This document shows, piece after piece, positions 19,540 through 29,450 of a stretch of 64,000 nt of DNA. Numbering within the stretch: the stretch's first letter is position 1; every line of letters begins with the position of its first letter. Location: the IMG/VR virus record IMGVR_UViG_3300043418_000375, positions 1,426 through 65,425 of that record; one strand, given 5' to 3'. Below the pieces are notes generated by a model, which saw nothing but the letters and a program-made list of their open reading frames with translations, searched no databases and was not told the DNA's origin. This DNA comes from a virus (Duplodnaviria; Caudoviricetes). A program made the position numbers and the translations under genes.

Positions 19540-19633
19540 GGCGGGCTCCGGTGGGCTGAGTTGCATCGTTTTCTTGGGACGACCATCGCTCTCACGCAGC
19601 GATTATCGTAGTAAAATCAGCGCAATAAGATTG

Positions 19634-19927
19634 CTATCTGGCCTCCTGATCCCGAGGAGTAACGTCCAGCCATTGCCCGTCTTTCCAGAGGTAAAGGTGC
19701 GCGAATTGGCAAATGGGGTTCGCGAGGACATGCGCGGGGCGGGGCGGATCGAAGCACTCCAGCGCATCTGAGCGAACCTGCCGAAGTTCGCGCGCGGCGA
19801 GGATGTCGTCCGGCGTCCACGGGGCCAGCGCAGGCAGCATGTGCGAGGGGTAGCCGTCGAAGTGGCAATAGATGTGGGCCCATTTCTCGGGTCCAATCTG
19901 GATGGCGATCTGTGCGCGGGTACTCAT
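19634..19927 (-). CDS. Hypothetical phage protein (MSTRA..I...IYCHFDGYP type)
   Basis: TGATG overlap with the upstream gene; Y.H.DGYP motif seen in small phage proteins. Confidence 0.75.
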   Translation of the reverse strand: MSTRAQIAIQIGPEKWAHIYCHFDGYPSHMLPALAPWTPDDILAARELRQVRSDALECFDPPRPAHVLANPICQFAHLYLWKDGQWLDVTPRDQEAR

Positions 19928-20157
19928 CAATCCGCCCTTTCAGGGGTTGCCGTTGCAGCGGTTTCTGCCCCAGCGCGGCGCCCGGCCTCATAGGCGGCTT
20001 CAAGCGCCGAGCGGATCGCCCAGACCGCGACATCGTGGAAGTCGAGGCGGTCGGAGTTCCGGGTCTCGAGGGTTTCGAGGAAAAAGTGCCGCTCGGCGAT
20101 CTCCATCAGCAGCGCGTCGCGTGCGGCATCCGAGGTGGGTTTGCGCTTGGTCATCAT
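19927..20157 (-). CDS. DUF6900-like small protein
   Basis: LETLETRNSDRLDFHDVAVWAIRSALEAAYEAG. Confidence 0.8.
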   Translation of the reverse strand: MMTKRKPTSDAARDALLMEIAERHFFLETLETRNSDRLDFHDVAVWAIRSALEAAYEAGRRAGAETAATATPERAD

Positions 20158-20289
20158 CTGATCCTTGCCTGTCTGGTGCACGATGCACCCAGTCTCGTGG
20201 GTCAGACTCGCTCAGCGGGGAAGTGCGATCAACTGAAATAGACAGCCTTTCTTGTTTATTTCCAATACGTTGAAAGACCATCGATTCCC

Positions 20290-20868
20290 ATGGAAGGTCT
20301 ATCTGAACGCGACTACGCCACCCATAGCGGGCTCTCCCGCGGGGCAGTGCAAAAGGCCCGCAAGACCGGGCGGTTAGTGCTCTTTGCCGATGGCTCAATC
20401 GACGCTGCCGCGTCCGACGCACGGCGCAGCGCGATGACCGACCCAGATCAGCAAGCGCGGTCGCGGGGCGGGTTGGGAGCGAGCGGTAATGGCAGTGTTG
20501 GTCCGGCGCCGGGGCCTGGCAGCCTGTCCGGGCCTGGGGACAGCACCTCCTATCTGAAGGCACGGACGGCGCTGACCGTTTACCAGGCGCAAGAGCGTCA
20601 GCTCTCGATCCAAAAGAAGAAGGGCGTGCTGGTGGATCGGGCGCGCGCCGAGACCCTGGTGTTCCAGCTTGCCCGGCAAGAGCGCGATACCTGGGTGAAC
20701 TGGCCCACGCGTGTGGCGGCACTGATGGCCGCGCAATTATCCGCAGAAATGGATAAGGCATCGGGGGCGGCAGTGACAATCGAGACTGCGATCCTGCAAA
20801 GGGTGCTGGAAACCCATGTCCGAGAGCAGCTCGACGCGCTTGCCGACCTCAGGGTCTCGCTTGGATGA
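20290..20868 (+). CDS. Probable terminase small subunit
   Basis: N-terminal HTH (SERDYATHSGLSRGAVQKA) and coiled coil; directly upstream of the large subunit. Confidence 0.75.
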   Translation: MEGLSERDYATHSGLSRGAVQKARKTGRLVLFADGSIDAAASDARRSAMTDPDQQARSRGGLGASGNGSVGPAPGPGSLSGPGDSTSYLKARTALTVYQAQERQLSIQKKKGVLVDRARAETLVFQLARQERDTWVNWPTRVAALMAAQLSAEMDKASGAAVTIETAILQRVLETHVREQLDALADLRVSLG

Positions 20869-22855
20869 TGAGGAAGAAACATCTGATCTGACCGCAGGCC
20901 TCGATCTCGGCTTTGACGGTGCCGAGGACATCCTGCGCGTCTGGCGTCAGGGAATGCGGCCCGATCCAGATCTGACGGTATCGGAATGGGCAGACAGGCA
21001 CCGCAAGCTTTCGTCGCGGGCTGCGGCGGAACCTGGGCAATACCGCACGGCACGGACGCCTTACCTGCGCGACGTTATGGATGCCCTCTCGCCCAGCCAC
21101 CCGGCGCAGCGGATCAGCTTCATGAAAGCCGCGCAGGTGGGTGCCACTGAGGCCGGCAACAACTGGATCGGCTTTGTCATCCATCATGCCCCTGGCCCGA
21201 TGCTGGCGGTACTGCCGACGGTGGAGATGGCAAAGCGCAGCTCGCGCGGCCGGATCGATCCGCTCATTGAGGAAAGCCCTGCGTTGAAGGAACGGGTGCA
21301 GCCCGCCCGTTCGCGCGACGCGGGCAATTCGATGCTGTCGAAGGAATTCCCGGGCGGGATATTGGTGCTGACCGGCGCCAACTCGGCGACGGGCCTGCGC
21401 TCGATGCCGGCGCGCTATGTGTTTCTCGACGAGGTCGATGCCTATCCGGCCTCGGCCGACGAGGAAGGTGATCCGGTCACGCTGGCGGAAGCGCGCACCA
21501 CCACCTTCGCGCATCGGCGCAAGGTCTTCATGGTCTCGACGCCGACGATCCGGGGGCTGAGCCGCATTGAGCGCGAGTTTGAGGCCTCGGACCAGCGGCG
21601 CTACTTTGTGCCCTGCCCGCATTGTGGCCATATGCAATGGCTGCAGTTCGAGCGCTTACGCTGGGCAAAGGGAAAACCGGAAACGGCAGCCTATCATTGT
21701 GCCAGTTGTGAGCGGCCCATCGCCGAGCACCACAAGACGGAGATGTTGGCACGGGGCGAGTGGCGGGCCACGGGGGTGAGTTCTGATCCGAACGCCATCG
21801 GCTTCCACCTCTCGGCGCTCTATTCGCCAATCGGCTGGAAAAGCTGGGAGCAGATTGCGCGAGAGTGGCTCGCTGCCCAAGGATCCGACGAGATGCTGCG
21901 CGCGGCGCGTAACACGCTCCTCGGCGAAACTTGGGTCGAAAGTGGGGATGCGCCGGAATGGCAGCGGCTGGCCGACCGGCGCGAGGTGTTCGCGGCGCAG
22001 ATCCCGGCGGGGGGCTTGTTCCTCACGGCAGGGGCCGATGTGCAGAAGGACCGCATCGAGGTCGATGTCTGGGCTTGGGGTCGCGGTGGGACAAGTTGGC
22101 TCATCGATCACATCGTCCTTCCCGGCGGTCCGGTCGATCCGGCCTGCTGGGCGGCGCTAACCGCGCTCCTCAGCCGCACCTGGGTGCATGAGAACGGCGC
22201 GGTGATGCCGCTCGCCAAACTGGCGATCGACACCGGATATGAAACCGCCGCCGTCTATGCTTGGGCGCGGGTGCAGGGCATTGCGCAGGTGGCACCGGTT
22301 AAGGGGCTTGAGGGGTTCAACCGGGCCACGCCCGTCGCGGGGCCGACCTTTGTCGATGCGACCGTGAATGGGCGCAAGCTCAAGCGCGGGGCGCGGCTTT
22401 GGACTGTGGCCACCGCCACTTTCAAAGCGGAAACCTATCGCTATCTGCGGCTGGAACGGCCTTCGGATGAGGATCGCGCGCTTGGCGTGCCAATACCTGT
22501 AGGCACGATCCACCTGCCCGACTGGGCTGACAGCGAATGGTTGAAACAATTGGTGGCCGAGCAGTTGGTCACGATCCGCGATCGGCGCGGCTATGCCCGG
22601 CAGGAATGGCAGAAGATGCGGGAGCGTAACGAGGCGCTTGATACCCGCGTCTACGCCCGTGCGGCCGCCTGGATCCTTGGGGCTGATCGTTTCGATGAGC
22701 GGATGTGGCGGCAGCTCGAGAGGCAGGCAGGAGTGGAAACCGCAGCCAACTTTGAGATCGCTGCGACTGAGAAAGCGACTGAGCCTCAGGCCGGACAGAT
22801 CACCGGTCCCCGGCGGCGGGGCTGGAAGATCAGCACGCCCAGATACATGGAATAA
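20861..22855 (+). CDS. Terminase large subunit (lambda GpA family)
   Basis: KAAQVGAT Walker A, VFLDEVD Walker B, STPT, CPHC..CASC, GADVQ, RNEALD; start approximate (TTG). Confidence 0.93.
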   Translation: MDDEEETSDLTAGLDLGFDGAEDILRVWRQGMRPDPDLTVSEWADRHRKLSSRAAAEPGQYRTARTPYLRDVMDALSPSHPAQRISFMKAAQVGATEAGNNWIGFVIHHAPGPMLAVLPTVEMAKRSSRGRIDPLIEESPALKERVQPARSRDAGNSMLSKEFPGGILVLTGANSATGLRSMPARYVFLDEVDAYPASADEEGDPVTLAEARTTTFAHRRKVFMVSTPTIRGLSRIEREFEASDQRRYFVPCPHCGHMQWLQFERLRWAKGKPETAAYHCASCERPIAEHHKTEMLARGEWRATGVSSDPNAIGFHLSALYSPIGWKSWEQIAREWLAAQGSDEMLRAARNTLLGETWVESGDAPEWQRLADRREVFAAQIPAGGLFLTAGADVQKDRIEVDVWAWGRGGTSWLIDHIVLPGGPVDPACWAALTALLSRTWVHENGAVMPLAKLAIDTGYETAAVYAWARVQGIAQVAPVKGLEGFNRATPVAGPTFVDATVNGRKLKRGARLWTVATATFKAETYRYLRLERPSDEDRALGVPIPVGTIHLPDWADSEWLKQLVAEQLVTIRDRRGYARQEWQKMRERNEALDTRVYARAAAWILGADRFDERMWRQLERQAGVETAANFEIAATEKATEPQAGQITGPRRRGWKISTPRYME

Positions 22856-23152
22856 TCAGAAGCCCGAGAACACCATGTCGAGAGCACCCCGGATCTCGTA
22901 ATCGGAAGCGGAAAGATCGGCGACAGCCTCCCCCTTGACCAATGCTGACGGGACTGCGGCCATCTCGGCCGTATGCAGCACATATGCTGCACCCTCTATC
23001 TCAAACACGGGTTCGAGGCGCCCGATGGCTTTTGGCCCTGTCGCAACGGGAACGAGGGGGGCGACCACACGTGTGCCGGTCTCGATCAAATCGGTCTGAA
23101 GATCGAGCACGAGTCTGGTGCCGGCGATGCGGTAAACGTGGAACTGCGCCAT
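22856..23152 (-). CDS. ccdB: CcdB-family toxin
   Basis: MAQFHVYR...LDLQTDLI..TRVVAPL...I.GALDMVFSGF. Confidence 0.88.
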   Translation of the reverse strand: MAQFHVYRIAGTRLVLDLQTDLIETGTRVVAPLVPVATGPKAIGRLEPVFEIEGAAYVLHTAEMAAVPSALVKGEAVADLSASDYEIRGALDMVFSGF

Positions 23153-23397
23153 CAGTCGATCTTCAGAACCTGAAGATCTGCCAAGGGCGTGCCATGCGCC
23201 TCGATCCAGACACGGCGCTCTGAAATCGCTGCGGCATTCTCACGCGCCCAAGCTTTGGCTTTCGCGATACGGACAGCTTCTGCAACGGCGGCATCGCTGA
23301 TGGCTGAGACATTGAGACCCAATTCCCGTGCGGCAGCCAAGTTGGCGGCAGACAGGGTGATATTGGTGCGCTGCTTTTCTACGGTGGCGTGCTGCAT
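23152..23397 (-). CDS. ccdA: CcdA-family antitoxin
   Basis: KQRTNITLS..L..ARELGLNVS...W.REN..AI; TGATG coupling to ccdB. Confidence 0.88.
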   Translation of the reverse strand: MQHATVEKQRTNITLSAANLAAARELGLNVSAISDAAVAEAVRIAKAKAWARENAAAISERRVWIEAHGTPLADLQVLKID

Positions 23398-23457
23398 TGG
23401 GTCCTCCTGGCGCATACACAATATACACACTCAAGGTGTGTCAGACAAGAGACCCCA

Positions 23458-23667
23458 ATGACCCTCGATGAGTTGAAACTCCGCCTGCGCGCGCTCTTGA
23501 CCGCGCGCTACAGCGGCACGCGGTCGGTGAGCTACGACGGCAAGACGGTGACCTATGGGACGGACGCCGAGCTCGCCGCCGCGATTGGCGATGTCGAGCG
23601 GCGCATTGCCAAGATGGAGCGCGGCGCTCGGCGCATCTTGCGCCCCTATGCCGTGAAAAACCTGTGA
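23458..23667 (+). CDS. Head completion/head-tail joining protein (gpW-like)
   Basis: G.RSVSYDGKTVTY...EL..AI..ER; located between terminase and portal. Confidence 0.82.
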   Translation: MTLDELKLRLRALLTARYSGTRSVSYDGKTVTYGTDAELAAAIGDVERRIAKMERGARRILRPYAVKNL

Positions 23668-25193
23668 TGGGGGTTGCGATGCACTGGCGGCAGCGCCTTG
23701 GCGCCTTCATCGGCGGGTTCGATGCGGGCCAGCACCATAGGCGCCTGCGGGGGTTCCAGGCCACGCGGGCGCATGTGAATGCGCTGATTGCGGCTTCTGG
23801 CCCTGACATCACGGCCCGCGCCCGCTGGCTCGTGCGCAACAATGGCTATGCGGTGAATGCGGTGGAAAGCTGGGCGGCCAATACCGTCGGCGATGGCATC
23901 AAGCCGATCTCAAAGCTCGCGGACGCGACCCGGAAGGAAGAATTGCAGCGGCTGTGGCTTGCCTGGACCGACGAGGCGGATGCCGAGGGTCTGACCGATT
24001 TTTACGGGCTGCAGCGCCGCGCCGCGCGCGAGGTGTTCTTGGCCGGCGAGGTTTTTGTTCGGATCCGGCCGCGTCGGGCAGAAGACGGGCTGACGGTGCC
24101 GCTGCAGCTTCAGATGCTCCCCTCGGAGATGCTGCCGCTGCAGGAAACTGGCATTGGCGCGAATGGCAATGCGATCAGTCAGGGCATTGAGTTTGATCGG
24201 ATCGGACGGCGTGTGGCCTATCACTTCCTGCGTCGCCATCCCGGCGACAGCACCGATCCTGGCCTTGCCGGAGAGACCGTGCGGGTTCCGGCCTCTGAGG
24301 TCATCCATGTGATCGACCCGGTCGAAGGCGGGCAATTGCGCGGGGTCTCTAAACTCGCGCCGGCCATCGTGAAGTTGTTCTTGCTCGACCAGTATGACGA
24401 TGCCGAGCTTGACCGGAAGAAGGTCGCCGCGATGTATGCGATGTTCGTGACCTCCCCCGCCCCAGAAAACCCGCTCGCGCCCTTGGACGATGAGGAGGCG
24501 CCGGATGGCATGCAGATCAGTCCCGGTCAGATCGTGCGGCTTGATCCTGGGGAAGATGTGACCATCGGCCAGCCTGCGGATAGTGGGGCCACCTATGAGC
24601 CGTTCCAATACCGCACACTTCTGCAAATCGCAGCCGCACTTGGCATCCCTTATCCGTATCTGACCAATGACATGGTGAAGGGGAACTTCTCAAACTCCCG
24701 GCTTGCCCTTATCGAATTCCGCCGCCGGGTCTCGGCCTGGCAGCATTCGGTGATGGTCTACCAGCTCTGTCGTCCTGTCTATGCGCGCTGGCTCGATCTC
24801 GCGGTGCTGTCTGGGGTCTTGTCCCTGCCCGGCTATGAGGCCGAGCGGCCTCGTATGCTCGCCGCCGACTGGCTCCCCACGAAATGGGACTGGGTTGATC
24901 CCTTGAAAGACGCCAATGCAGAGATCGCCCAGATCGAGGCTGGGCTGAAATCCCGCACGCAAGCCATCGCCGAACGGGGCTATGATGCCGAGCAGGTCGA
25001 TCGCGAAATCGCGGCCGAACGGGCGCGCGAGCGAGCCCTTGGTCTCGACTTTCGCCGTCCGGGCTCTCCGGCGCAGGGTGTGCAGGCGGTGTCGGCTGAG
25101 ACCCAAGCTGCACATTCGTATAATTCCGACGGCATCGATCAAACAGATCCCCAAAATGATGCTGATGCGCAAGACACCGAGGAGCAGGCCTGA
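23664..25193 (+). CDS. Portal protein (lambda gpB family)
   Basis: ARARWLVRNN, GQLRGV, NFSNSR..LIE, WDWVDPLKD. Confidence 0.93.
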   Translation: MMGVAMHWRQRLGAFIGGFDAGQHHRRLRGFQATRAHVNALIAASGPDITARARWLVRNNGYAVNAVESWAANTVGDGIKPISKLADATRKEELQRLWLAWTDEADAEGLTDFYGLQRRAAREVFLAGEVFVRIRPRRAEDGLTVPLQLQMLPSEMLPLQETGIGANGNAISQGIEFDRIGRRVAYHFLRRHPGDSTDPGLAGETVRVPASEVIHVIDPVEGGQLRGVSKLAPAIVKLFLLDQYDDAELDRKKVAAMYAMFVTSPAPENPLAPLDDEEAPDGMQISPGQIVRLDPGEDVTIGQPADSGATYEPFQYRTLLQIAAALGIPYPYLTNDMVKGNFSNSRLALIEFRRRVSAWQHSVMVYQLCRPVYARWLDLAVLSGVLSLPGYEAERPRMLAADWLPTKWDWVDPLKDANAEIAQIEAGLKSRTQAIAERGYDAEQVDREIAAERARERALGLDFRRPGSPAQGVQAVSAETQAAHSYNSDGIDQTDPQNDADAQDTEEQA

Positions 25194-26629
25194 TGCTTCA
25201 TGCCCGCATTGCCGCGCGCGCCTTCAACACGCCGCTCTTGGTCGAGCCCTCAAAGGCCATGGCGTTCTTGTCGGGGCTTGGGCCGCGCATTCTGGGACGG
25301 CGGGTCGAGCTTGCGGATCTGCCTGTGGGGACGGGTGATCTTGGTGCCGGCGCCCTGCCCGCCCGGGCCAGCCTTCTGGCCGATCCCCTCAGCGATCGCC
25401 TGCGCCAACATGGGGACGCACCCTATGCCATGGTGGGCGGCATTGCCGTGATTGAAATCTCGGGCGTGCTCATTCACCGGGGGTCCTGGATTGGCCAGTC
25501 CTCGGGGCAGACGAGTTACGAGGGGATTGCGGCACAAATTGAAGCCGCCGCCAAAGACCCTGCCGTTCGCGGCCTTGCCTTGGAAATTGACAGTTTTGGC
25601 GGTGAGGTTGCGGGGGTCTTTGACCTTGCAGATCGGATTCGTGCAATTCGAGCTTCAAAACCTATCTGGGCCTTCGTGGCGGAACATGCCTTCTCGGCGG
25701 GCTATGCGCTCGCTTCGCAGGCGGATCGGGTTCTTCTGCCGCGCACCGGTGCGGTCGGCAGTATCGGCGTTGTGGTCATGCATGCTGATCTCAGCGGTCA
25801 ACTCGATCAAGACGGGGTTCGCGTGAGCCTGATCCATTCAGGGCAGCACAAGGTCGACGGCAATCCCTATGCGCCACTGCCTGAGGCTGTGCGCGCGGAC
25901 ATCCAGCGTGAGATTGATGTCTTGCGGTTTTTGTTCGCCGACACCGTTGCCGCTGGACGCGGCGGCAGGCTGAGCCAGGAGGCGGCTCTCGCCACCGAGG
26001 CTGCGGTCTATCGCGGGACGGATGCCGTCGCGGCAGGTCTGGCCGATGAGGTCACCGATCTTAGCCGGGGCTTTGCCAGCTTCCGGCAGGCCCTTGGCGT
26101 GCCTTTGACAAGCAAGCTGTCCCGCGCCTTCAGCGCCTCTCACCTCAAACCCAAGAAGGAAGCCGCCATGGCCAGCACAAACGATCCCGACGACAGCCCG
26201 CAGGATACGGATCTCGAATTGGTGGAGATCACGGAGGGGGCAGCCGATGGCGCGGAGGCGCCAGCTGCATCCCCCGCTCCACCGCCCGCAGCCTCTCGGC
26301 CCTCTGTTGCTGTCGCCCCGGCCGTCCCCTCGGTTGCGGTGCAGCCTAGCAATCTTGCAGATCTGTCGGCGCATCTGCGCGAGGCGGCGGCCGAGATCGC
26401 GGAGATTGCGCAGCAGGCGGGTCGCTTGGGTGTTGCGATCGATGCGGCAAAAGCCTTGCGCGAGGGAACGGCGCCCGAGGCTCTGCGCAAGCTTGTGCTG
26501 GAGCGCGCTGCCGCTGCGGCCGATGCGCGCGACATCATCGCCGCTCCGCCCTCCCCCGTTCTCCCGAAATCCGCCGAAAGCCCGATTGTGGCTGCCGCGA
26601 AGAAAGCTGCCGCCGGCGCGAAGGTCTGA
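25193..26629 (+). CDS. Prohead protease (S49, lambda gpC-like) with C-terminal scaffold region
   Basis: IDSFGGEV, AFSAGY.LAS, GSIGV, HKVDGNP; acidic/Pro-Ala-rich C-terminal third. Confidence 0.92.
   Translation: MLHARIAARAFNTPLLVEPSKAMAFLSGLGPRILGRRVELADLPVGTGDLGAGALPARASLLADPLSDRLRQHGDAPYAMVGGIAVIEISGVLIHRGSWIGQSSGQTSYEGIAAQIEAAAKDPAVRGLALEIDSFGGEVAGVFDLADRIRAIRASKPIWAFVAEHAFSAGYALASQADRVLLPRTGAVGSIGVVVMHADLSGQLDQDGVRVSLIHSGQHKVDGNPYAPLPEAVRADIQREIDVLRFLFADTVAAGRGGRLSQEAALATEAAVYRGTDAVAAGLADEVTDLSRGFASFRQALGVPLTSKLSRAFSASHLKPKKEAAMASTNDPDDSPQDTDLELVEITEGAADGAEAPAASPAPPPAASRPSVAVAPAVPSVAVQPSNLADLSAHLREAAAEIAEIAQQAGRLGVAIDAAKALREGTAPEALRKLVLERAAAAADARDIIAAPPSPVLPKSAESPIVAAAKKAAAGAKV
26168..26629 (+). 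CDS. Putative nested in-frame scaffold protein (Nu3-like)
   Basis: AAGAAGGA RBS then in-frame ATG at 26168 inside the protease gene. Confidence 0.55.
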   Translation: MASTNDPDDSPQDTDLELVEITEGAADGAEAPAASPAPPPAASRPSVAVAPAVPSVAVQPSNLADLSAHLREAAAEIAEIAQQAGRLGVAIDAAKALREGTAPEALRKLVLERAAAAADARDIIAAPPSPVLPKSAESPIVAAAKKAAAGAKV

Positions 26630-26654
26630 TCTCCCATCCCTTCGCGCCCAACTG

Positions 26655-26691
26655 ATCCCCCGCCGCGCTCCCCGGCGGGGGATTTCTTTTT
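26655..26691 (+). terminator. Intrinsic terminator-like hairpin inside the head operon
   Basis: Perfect 11-bp stem ATCCCCCGCCG/CGGCGGGGGAT followed by TTCTTTTT. Confidence 0.7.
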
Positions 26692-26717
26692 GACCCCCAA
26701 CCCTTCGGAGATGCCCG

Positions 26718-27098
26718 ATGTCCGTGCTGACCCAACCGCCCGTTATGGGCGATGTCCTCAAATACGAGCTCAATCCAAACTTCACCCGAGAAACCGTCAC
26801 CCTGCTGGCTGGCACCAAATACCCTGTCGGCGCCGTCCTTGGCCGCATCACCGCCAGCGGCAAGTTAAAGCTCAGCACCGCCACCGGCAGTGATGGCGCG
26901 CAGACGGTGGCCGCGGTCCTGCTCTATGCGACCGACGCCGCCACGGCAGATCGGGAGGCCGTCGTCCTCCTGCGCGGGCCTGCCCTTGTCGCTAAGGCGG
27001 CCCTCATCTTTGACGCCAGCGTCGATGACGCGGCCAAGACGGCGGCCAAACACGCGCAGCTCACCGCGCTCGGCATTATCCCGCGCGACACCGCCTGA
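26718..27098 (+). CDS. Head decoration protein (gpD-like)
   Basis: TRETVTL..G....GAVLGRITASGK....DGAQ...AVL; position before the major capsid gene. Confidence 0.88.
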   Translation: MSVLTQPPVMGDVLKYELNPNFTRETVTLLAGTKYPVGAVLGRITASGKLKLSTATGSDGAQTVAAVLLYATDAATADREAVVLLRGPALVAKAALIFDASVDDAAKTAAKHAQLTALGIIPRDTA

Positions 27099-27172
27099 TC
27101 GGGCGGCGCGGCAAAGCCTGTCGCCAGCCTGCCAGCCCTTCCCCCTGCCCCTCATGCCTTCGGAGTTCCCCC

Positions 27173-28195
27173 ATGACCATCACCCGCAACCCGTTTGACG
27201 CGGGCGGCTATTCGCTCGCCGAGATGACGCAGGCGATCAACATCCTGCCGAACCTCTACACCCGCCTTGGCCAGCTCGGCCTCTTCCGCTTTGAAGGCGT
27301 GACCCAGCGCTCCATCGTGATCGAACAGCGTGCGGGCGTGTTGAGCCTCTTGCCCTCGGTTCCTCTTGGCGCGCCCGCCACGGTGGGCAACCGCGAGGCG
27401 CGCTCCATGCGGTCCTTTGCTCTGCCATGGATCCCGCATGACGATGTGATCTTGCCGGCCGACATCCAAGGCATGCCGGCGCTGGGGGTTTCTGATGCCG
27501 CGGATCCCCTTGTCGAGGTGATGAACCGCAAGCTGACACTGATGCGCCGCAAGCATGCTCAGACCCGCGAATATATGGAGATGAACGCGCTGCGCGGCAT
27601 TGTGAAGGACGGGGCTGGTACTACGCTTTACAATTACTTCACCGAATTTGGTCTGGAGCAGATCTCGGTCGACTTTGTCTTTGGCACAGCGGGCACCAAT
27701 GTGCAGGGCAAAGTCCGGACGGTTCTGCGCGGCATCGAGGACAGCCTTCTCGGCGAGACCATGACCACAGCGCATGCCTTGGTCAGTTCCGAGTTCTTCG
27801 ACAAGCTCATCAGTCACCCGAAAACCGAAGAGGCCTATAAGTTCTTCTCCGCCACCGGTGGCCAGCCCTTGCGCGAAGACATGCGCCGCGCCTTCCCCTT
27901 CGCGGGCATCCTCTTTGAGGAATACAACGGCTCGGTCACGCTCTCGAACGGCAGCTCGGAGCGGCTGATCCCGGCGGGCGAAGGCATCGCCTTCCCGCTT
28001 GGCACCTTTGACACCTTCACCACCTATGGCGGGCCGGCGAACCTGCTCGAGACCGCCAATACCCTCGGCCTGCCGCTTTATGCCCGGCAGATGATCGACG
28101 CCAAGGGGCGCTGGATTGATCTGATGACCGAGGCCTCGATCCTGCCGGTGAACAAGCGCCCGCGTTTGGCCATCCGGATCTTCAGTTCGAACTGA
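27173..28195 (+). CDS. Major capsid protein (lambda gpE family)
   Basis: 340 aa; AIN.LP...LGLF, TREYM...ALRG, S.LP...RP; synteny. Confidence 0.92.
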   Translation: MTITRNPFDAGGYSLAEMTQAINILPNLYTRLGQLGLFRFEGVTQRSIVIEQRAGVLSLLPSVPLGAPATVGNREARSMRSFALPWIPHDDVILPADIQGMPALGVSDAADPLVEVMNRKLTLMRRKHAQTREYMEMNALRGIVKDGAGTTLYNYFTEFGLEQISVDFVFGTAGTNVQGKVRTVLRGIEDSLLGETMTTAHALVSSEFFDKLISHPKTEEAYKFFSATGGQPLREDMRRAFPFAGILFEEYNGSVTLSNGSSERLIPAGEGIAFPLGTFDTFTTYGGPANLLETANTLGLPLYARQMIDAKGRWIDLMTEASILPVNKRPRLAIRIFSSN

Positions 28196-28207
28196 GGCGG
28201 GACGGAT

Positions 28208-28519
28208 ATGACGGCTTTTGCGGCAGCGCTTGATCTTCTCTTTGCTGATCCCAATCTCGGCCAGGAGGCCTGGCATCGCGATAGCGAGGGGCAGTTCACC
28301 CGCATTCGTATCATCGCGCGGCAAAAGGATGCTGTGACCGAGTTCGGCGCGGCGCGGCTTTGGTCGGAGACCTTCCGCTTTGATGTGCGGGTATCAGACC
28401 TGCCCGCCCCTCGCCCCGAGGAGCAGATCCTCTTTGGGGACGAGACCTTCCTCATTCAAGGTGAGCCGGTGCGGGATCGGGATCGTTTGATCTGGACCAT
28501 CGAGGCAAGCCCCGCATGA
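28208..28519 (+). CDS. Head-tail joining protein
   Basis: Synteny; F.IQGEPVRD...L.W motif. Confidence 0.75.
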   Translation: MTAFAAALDLLFADPNLGQEAWHRDSEGQFTRIRIIARQKDAVTEFGAARLWSETFRFDVRVSDLPAPRPEEQILFGDETFLIQGEPVRDRDRLIWTIEASPA

Positions 28520-29145
28520 AGCTCCGCCTTGAACTCTCCGGCAGCATCGCGGCGGCCATGCAGGCCGAGCTCGATGCCGGCGAAAAGGCGGTGTCGGACG
28601 CCGTTCAAGGCGCGGCGCTCCGTCTCAAGGCCGATTGGCGGGGCCAGATCGCGCAAGCGGGTCTTGGGCAGCGGCTTGCCCGCACCATTCGCTCTGAGGC
28701 CTATCCCAAGGGTCGGCCCAGCTTGAATGCGGCGGCGCTGGTCTGGTCCAACGCGCCGGTCATCGTCGGGGCGCATGACAGCGGGCCGCTGATCCGGTCG
28801 AAGATCGGGCTCTGGCTGGCCATCCCAACCGCTGCTGCCGGGAAATCTACACGCGGGGGCCGGATTACCCCCGCAGAGTGGGAGCGGCGGCGCGGATTGT
28901 CGCTGCGGTTTATCTACCGGGCCCGGGGGCCGAGCCTTCTCGTGGCAGAGGGGCGGTTGAATTCGAAGGGGCGCGCCGTTGCATCTCGCGCGAAATCTGG
29001 CCGGGGGCGGGCGACCGTGCCGATCTTCCTCTTGGTGCGGCAGGTGAAGCTGGACAAGCGGCTGGATCTGGCGAAAGCCGCGGAGGTGGCGGTGGGGCGG
29101 ATTCCGGGGGCGATTGTCGCGAACTGGGTGGAGGGGCGTGCGTGA
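28516..29145 (+). CDS. Tail/neck protein (DUF6441-like)
   Basis: Basic 209-aa protein; ATGA overlap; IRSK.G.WLAIP. Confidence 0.75.
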   Translation: MKLRLELSGSIAAAMQAELDAGEKAVSDAVQGAALRLKADWRGQIAQAGLGQRLARTIRSEAYPKGRPSLNAAALVWSNAPVIVGAHDSGPLIRSKIGLWLAIPTAAAGKSTRGGRITPAEWERRRGLSLRFIYRARGPSLLVAEGRLNSKGRAVASRAKSGRGRATVPIFLLVRQVKLDKRLDLAKAAEVAVGRIPGAIVANWVEGRA

Positions 29146-29159
29146 ATTGCTTCGCGCGG

Positions 29160-29450
29160 TTAATAGCCGGCTTCACGCTGATGACGAATGGCAAGGATGA
29201 TCGCGGTTTCTCCATCGAAGCGGTAAAGCGACACATAACCGCTGTCGCCAAAGGTGACGAACCACTCGCGGAACTGCGGTTCCATGTCCTCGACAGGCCG
29301 CCCCGCCCCTGGCTGATCCCGCAGGATGTTCATGCCTTCGCGGATTGCCTTGACGGCACGGCGCGCCGCATCAGTATTCTTGTCGGAAAGAAAGTGGTAA
29401 AGTCGTTCGACGTCCCGCAGCGCTGCGGGTGACCAGATCAGTTGTGGCAT
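29160..29450 (-). CDS. RelE/ParE-family toxin
   Basis: LIWSPAALRDVERL...PGAGR...YVSLYR....ILAIRHQRE. Confidence 0.88.
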   Translation of the reverse strand: MPQLIWSPAALRDVERLYHFLSDKNTDAARRAVKAIREGMNILRDQPGAGRPVEDMEPQFREWFVTFGDSGYVSLYRFDGETAIILAIRHQREAGY

